DNA of 64,000 bases from Hamiltosporidium tvaerminnensis FI-OER-3-3 (taxonomy: Eukaryota > Fungi > Microsporidia): the NCBI GenBank assembly GCA_022605425.2, contig JAKIMF020000013.1, positions 248,001-312,000 on the forward strand, in the 5' to 3' direction. A program made the position numbers and the translations under genes. Of this stretch, positions 60,267 through 64,000 are shown piece by piece. Below the pieces are notes generated by a model. It was given only the letters and a program-made list of their open reading frames with translations. It was not told the origin of the DNA and searched no databases. Position 1 is the stretch's first letter. Every line of letters begins with the position of its first letter.

Positions 60267-62603
60267 ATGACAGATCCATCAGAAGAACTACAATCTTTAT
60301 TCTATAATTTTCTTACAACTGAACCATATAAAACCAAAATCAAATCCATACTCCTTCACAATCTTCCTTTAGATATACACACTGTACCAGTATCTCTAAC
60401 TGACATACAATTTTATAGCAGTGATCTTTATTCACTTATTGTCCAAACATTCTCTGCCACATCCACACTTCTAATTTCTACATTCAATACTATTTTTAAT
60501 AACAGTACTGATATAAAACTCATACCTTTGTTCGTTAATAATCCGTTTATTCATAGAATGAGACATCTCAGATCAATTTTACTTTCAAAACTTACTTCTT
60601 TCAGCGGAACAGTTACACGAGTTTCTCAAGTGAGACCAGAACTTTCAGTAGGGTGCTTTGTGTGTAAGGCATGTAATGCTACAATTCAAGATGTTCAGCA
60701 ATATTCTTATTACACACTTCCTTCTACATGTCCCAACCATCTGTGTACAAATAGGAAAGCTTTTTCCTTAGAAACTTCCAAATGTATTTTTTTAAATTGG
60801 CAAAAAGTCACCGTACAAGAAGATACTCATCAAACACCACCAGGTACACTTCCACGTAATATTGAGGTCATTCTTCGTAACCATCTAATAGAAAGTGTTA
60901 AACCGGGAGACAAAGCTACATTTACAGGTACACTTACTGTAGTGCCAGAGCAACCAGGATTTATACATACAACTATACAACCAACTCTTAGTGGAATTAC
61001 TGATAACGAAAAGAAAAATAGAAATATCAAAGAAATAAATTACAGACTTTCTTTTGTTGGAGAATCAGTTGAAATACAAAACGAACAAAAAAATAATTTT
61101 ATGAATTCTGATGAAAATAGAAAAAACGAATCAATTTTTAACGAAGAAAATTTTTCAAATTCGATATTAAAAAATTCTTTGAATGATAAAAATCGAACAA
61201 ATAATTTTACTAATTATGAGTTGGGTATCATTTCGCATATAAAAAATTCTCCTGATTTATATAATCGGATGTCTGATTCTCTTTTTCCTTCGATACATGG
61301 ACATTCTTCTATAAAGAAAGCCATTCTTCTTTTGTTGGTTGGTGGTACTTCTAAGGTTGTAAGTGGTGGTAGATTGAGAGGAGATATTAATATTTTACTG
61401 GTTGGTGATCCGGGTACGGCAAAAAGTCAATTTTTAAAACAGTGTTCCACTTTGGTATCTCGTGGTGTTTATACATCAGGGAAAGGATCGAGTGCGGCTG
61501 GATTGACTGCGAGTGTGGTTCGAGATATTGAATCTGGAGATTTCACTATCGAACCAGGTGCTCTTATGTTGGCAGATACCGGTGTCTGTTGTATCGATGA
61601 ATTCGACAAAATGAATTATAAAGATCAAGTATCTATTCACGAAGCCATGGAACAGCAAACGATTACTATCAATAAAGGTGGTATAAATGCCACGTTAAAC
61701 TCTCGAACAAGTGTCCTTGCAGCTTGTAATCCTGTACACGGCAGATACGATAAAAAAAAGAGTCTCAGACAAAATATCAACATGAGTGCTCCAATTATGA
61801 GTAGATTTGATCTTTATTTTGTATTAATTGATAATGTAAATTATGAAGCAGACAAAGAAATAGCAGAATATATTTTAAGAAACCATTATGAAGCTGTCAA
61901 GGATATAAATTCTAAGAATTTTGAAGAAAATGAATTTTTAGAAAAACAAAGTATCAATACTACAGATTACGAGGAAAACACAAAAAATAATAAAAAAACT
62001 TTTTCAAATTTTTTGGTTAAAGAAAATCTTTTTGATTTAGAAAGTGTAAAATTATATTTAAAATATGTACGAGGATTAGAAGTTGTAATGGAAGAAAATG
62101 TTAAAGAAATTTTAGTAAAAAAATATGTAAAACTTAGAATGGACAGTTTAGTGCATTCAAACAATTATAGAATGACAGTTCGTGTTTTAGAAAGTTTAAT
62201 ACGTTTAAGTGAAGCCTTGTCCAAGTTACATGGAGATGTGAGTGTAAAAGAATGTTATGTAGAAGAAGCTTATAGATTGGTAATGAGTTCTGTTGTAGAA
62301 GTTAAAGGAGAAGATTTAATTGTAGAAAAAGAAGATGGAAATGTTTTTAGAGTTAAAGATAGTGATTATATGAGAGTTGTTAGTGTTTTGGTTGGTATTT
62401 TAAAAATGAGAGAAGGTTGTAAGAAAGAAGAGTTGGTTGAGTTGTATTTAGAAGAAATTGAAAATTGTATTGGTGATGAGGGTGGGTTTTATAGGGAGAA
62501 GAGTGTTGTTGAGGAGGTTATATGTTATTTGGTAGAGAAAGAAGGGGTTTTGTATGAGGAAGGGGGTATTATTTTTATACATCCTAATTATGATGTGTGG
62601 TAA
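60267..62603 (+). CDS. MCM6: DNA replication licensing factor MCM6
   Basis: Zn finger CKAC..CPNHLC, PPGTLPRNIEVILR, Walker A GDPGTAKSQ, YTSGKGSSAAGLTA, IDEFDKM, SRFD and C-terminal HPNY typical of Mcm6. Confidence 0.93.
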   Translation: MTDPSEELQSLFYNFLTTEPYKTKIKSILLHNLPLDIHTVPVSLTDIQFYSSDLYSLIVQTFSATSTLLISTFNTIFNNSTDIKLIPLFVNNPFIHRMRHLRSILLSKLTSFSGTVTRVSQVRPELSVGCFVCKACNATIQDVQQYSYYTLPSTCPNHLCTNRKAFSLETSKCIFLNWQKVTVQEDTHQTPPGTLPRNIEVILRNHLIESVKPGDKATFTGTLTVVPEQPGFIHTTIQPTLSGITDNEKKNRNIKEINYRLSFVGESVEIQNEQKNNFMNSDENRKNESIFNEENFSNSILKNSLNDKNRTNNFTNYELGIISHIKNSPDLYNRMSDSLFPSIHGHSSIKKAILLLLVGGTSKVVSGGRLRGDINILLVGDPGTAKSQFLKQCSTLVSRGVYTSGKGSSAAGLTASVVRDIESGDFTIEPGALMLADTGVCCIDEFDKMNYKDQVSIHEAMEQQTITINKGGINATLNSRTSVLAACNPVHGRYDKKKSLRQNINMSAPIMSRFDLYFVLIDNVNYEADKEIAEYILRNHYEAVKDINSKNFEENEFLEKQSINTTDYEENTKNNKKTFSNFLVKENLFDLESVKLYLKYVRGLEVVMEENVKEILVKKYVKLRMDSLVHSNNYRMTVRVLESLIRLSEALSKLHGDVSVKECYVEEAYRLVMSSVVEVKGEDLIVEKEDGNVFRVKDSDYMRVVSVLVGILKMREGCKKEELVELYLEEIENCIGDEGGFYREKSVVEEVICYLVEKEGVLYEEGGIIFIHPNYDVW

Positions 62604-62968
62604 GTAAAATAAGGGGTATAGTTTTTATCAGGAAGGGGGTGTTTTTAATGTAAATTTTATTATGATGTGTGGTAAGTAAAATAAGGGGTATAGTTTTTAT
62701 CAGGAAGGGGGTGTTTTTAAAGTAAATTTTATTATGATGTGTGGTAAGTAAAATAAGGGGTATTAGTATTGCTTAGTGAAGTGGTAAGAAGTGTTTTTAA
62801 AGTAAATTTTATTATGATGTGTGGTAAGTAAAATAAGGGGTATTAGTATTGCTTAGTGAAGTGGTAAGAAGTGTTTTTAAAGTAAATTTTATTATGATGT
62901 GTGGTAAGTAAAATAAGAGGTATTAGTATTGCTTAGTGAAGTGGTAAGAAGTGTTTTTAAAGTAAATT
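62588..62968. repeat. Five tandem copies (72, 72, 80, 80-bp spacing) of the MCM6 last codons, stop and 3' flank
   Basis: tgatgtgtggtaagtaaaataag at 62591, 62663, 62735, 62815 and 62895. Confidence 0.95.
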
Positions 62969-63045
62969 AAAATCAGTTTATTTTTTTAAAATTTTTTTTT
63001 AAAAAGTATTAAAAAATCTGATTTCCATTTATAAGGAAAGTAGAA

Positions 63046-63218
63046 ATTATGTTTAAATATATTTTTAAGAATAATAAAAATATTGGTTGTTTTATTTTGA
63101 TATATAAATAAGAATAATAGAAAGTTTGAGATTATGTTTAAATATATTTTTAAGAATAATAAAAATATTGGTTGTTTTATTTTGATATATAAATAAGAAT
63201 AATAGAAAGTTTGAGATT
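63046..63218. repeat. Tandem duplication, 85-bp unit
   Basis: attatgtttaaatatatttttaagaata at 63046 and 63131. Confidence 0.92.
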
Positions 63219-63362
63219 AGAGTTATATTTATAAGAAATGAAGCAATTGTTATATTACTTGAAATATAAGCTGCTGTATTTATTGGTTTTTTATTTTAAA
63301 AATTTTAGTGAATTTTGATTACTAGGTATAGTATATATAGTCTGAAGAATAGGTAATATTTT

Positions 63363-63503
63363 TAATATTCAAACATTAAAACAATCAGACATAATATCTT
63401 TTTAATATTAAATTTTTTTAATGTTTGAATATTAGAAAGTATTGATTATAACGATTTTTTTATTTCAAACGTTTGAAAAAATTTAATATTAAAAAGATAT
63501 TAT
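63363..63503. repeat. Interleaved perfect inverted repeats (19 bp and 28 bp)
   Basis: 63363-63381 pairs with 63416-63434; 63391-63418 pairs with 63476-63503. Confidence 0.9.
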
Positions 63504-64000
63504 TATGTATTTGGAAGTATTTTATAATATTTACTTACATATTCATTTTTAACTTATTTATGTCTTTGGTTTATACTTACACCTTTTTTTTGAATTTTAA
63601 AGGATTAATAATTCGTTAATTTCCTATATTTGCGGTTTATACATGGATTTATATTCTTAAATTTTTAATTGGATTCATAATTTTGGTATTCGTGTATTAA
63701 ATACCTTATACTTGTAATTATCTTAAGGTTAAAATGCCTGTTGAATCTTCTGATTTCTTCTGTAATATTCTTAATGTTTTAATTTAGAAACAAACATCAG
63801 TTACTTTTGACTCATTTGTTTTTTTTTAAAAAAAAACATAAATATTTGTCATTTTGAATGATATAAACCGAATTATTTTAATTCTATTACGAGCCGTATG
63901 AGGTAGATTGAAAAATATTTGGCGGTAATATAATATAAGCTTATCAAGATTGAGTTATTTTGCTGATTTTAATAATTAAGACACAGCTAACCAATCAAAA

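Noticed and set aside
63891-63930. GAGCCGTATGAG resembling group II intron domain V
   Set aside because: No GNRA loop or complementary 3' arm follows.
1-64000. tRNA or rRNA genes
   Set aside because: No cloverleaf or rRNA-conserved sequence recognised by eye; tRNAscan-SE and cmscan would be needed to exclude them.

Overview
Very AT-rich (roughly three-quarters A+T by eye), gene-sparse eukaryotic DNA. Intron-poor genes, CCC-like motifs just upstream of start codons, reduced fungal-type proteins and a repeat-rich layout point to a large-genome microsporidian (Hamiltosporidium-like; inference). Conserved genes: a Sec7 Arf-GEF inflated by in-frame repeats, phosphatidylserine decarboxylase (Psd2-type), a HUN-domain Hpc2/ubinuclein-like protein, a 4-RRM Mrn1/Nrd1-like protein and MCM6. 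Between them lie candidate secreted effectors: a BTB-like+LRR protein, an NLS-bearing protein with a frameshifted signal peptide, and two small paralogues with a KRK(L/I)DF cyclin-docking-like motif. Mobile-element remnants include four 5'-truncated R4/Dong-like RLE retrotransposons, an RTE-derived SINE-like element, a Ginger2/KRBA2-like integrase relic and a hAT MITE. Two signals stand out. (1) A ~725-bp, relatively GC-rich, non-coding element is present six times at about full length plus one fragment; it has fixed ends and stems, GNRA/UUCG loops and compensatory changes expected of a large structured RNA. (2) A G|C 'switch' signature: repeat arrays inside the Sec7 gene have the same unit with GGG left of a sharp point and CCC right of it, two genes have C-rich starts and G-rich ends, and 60-100 bp tandem duplications cluster at gene boundaries. 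All calls are by eye; no searches were run.
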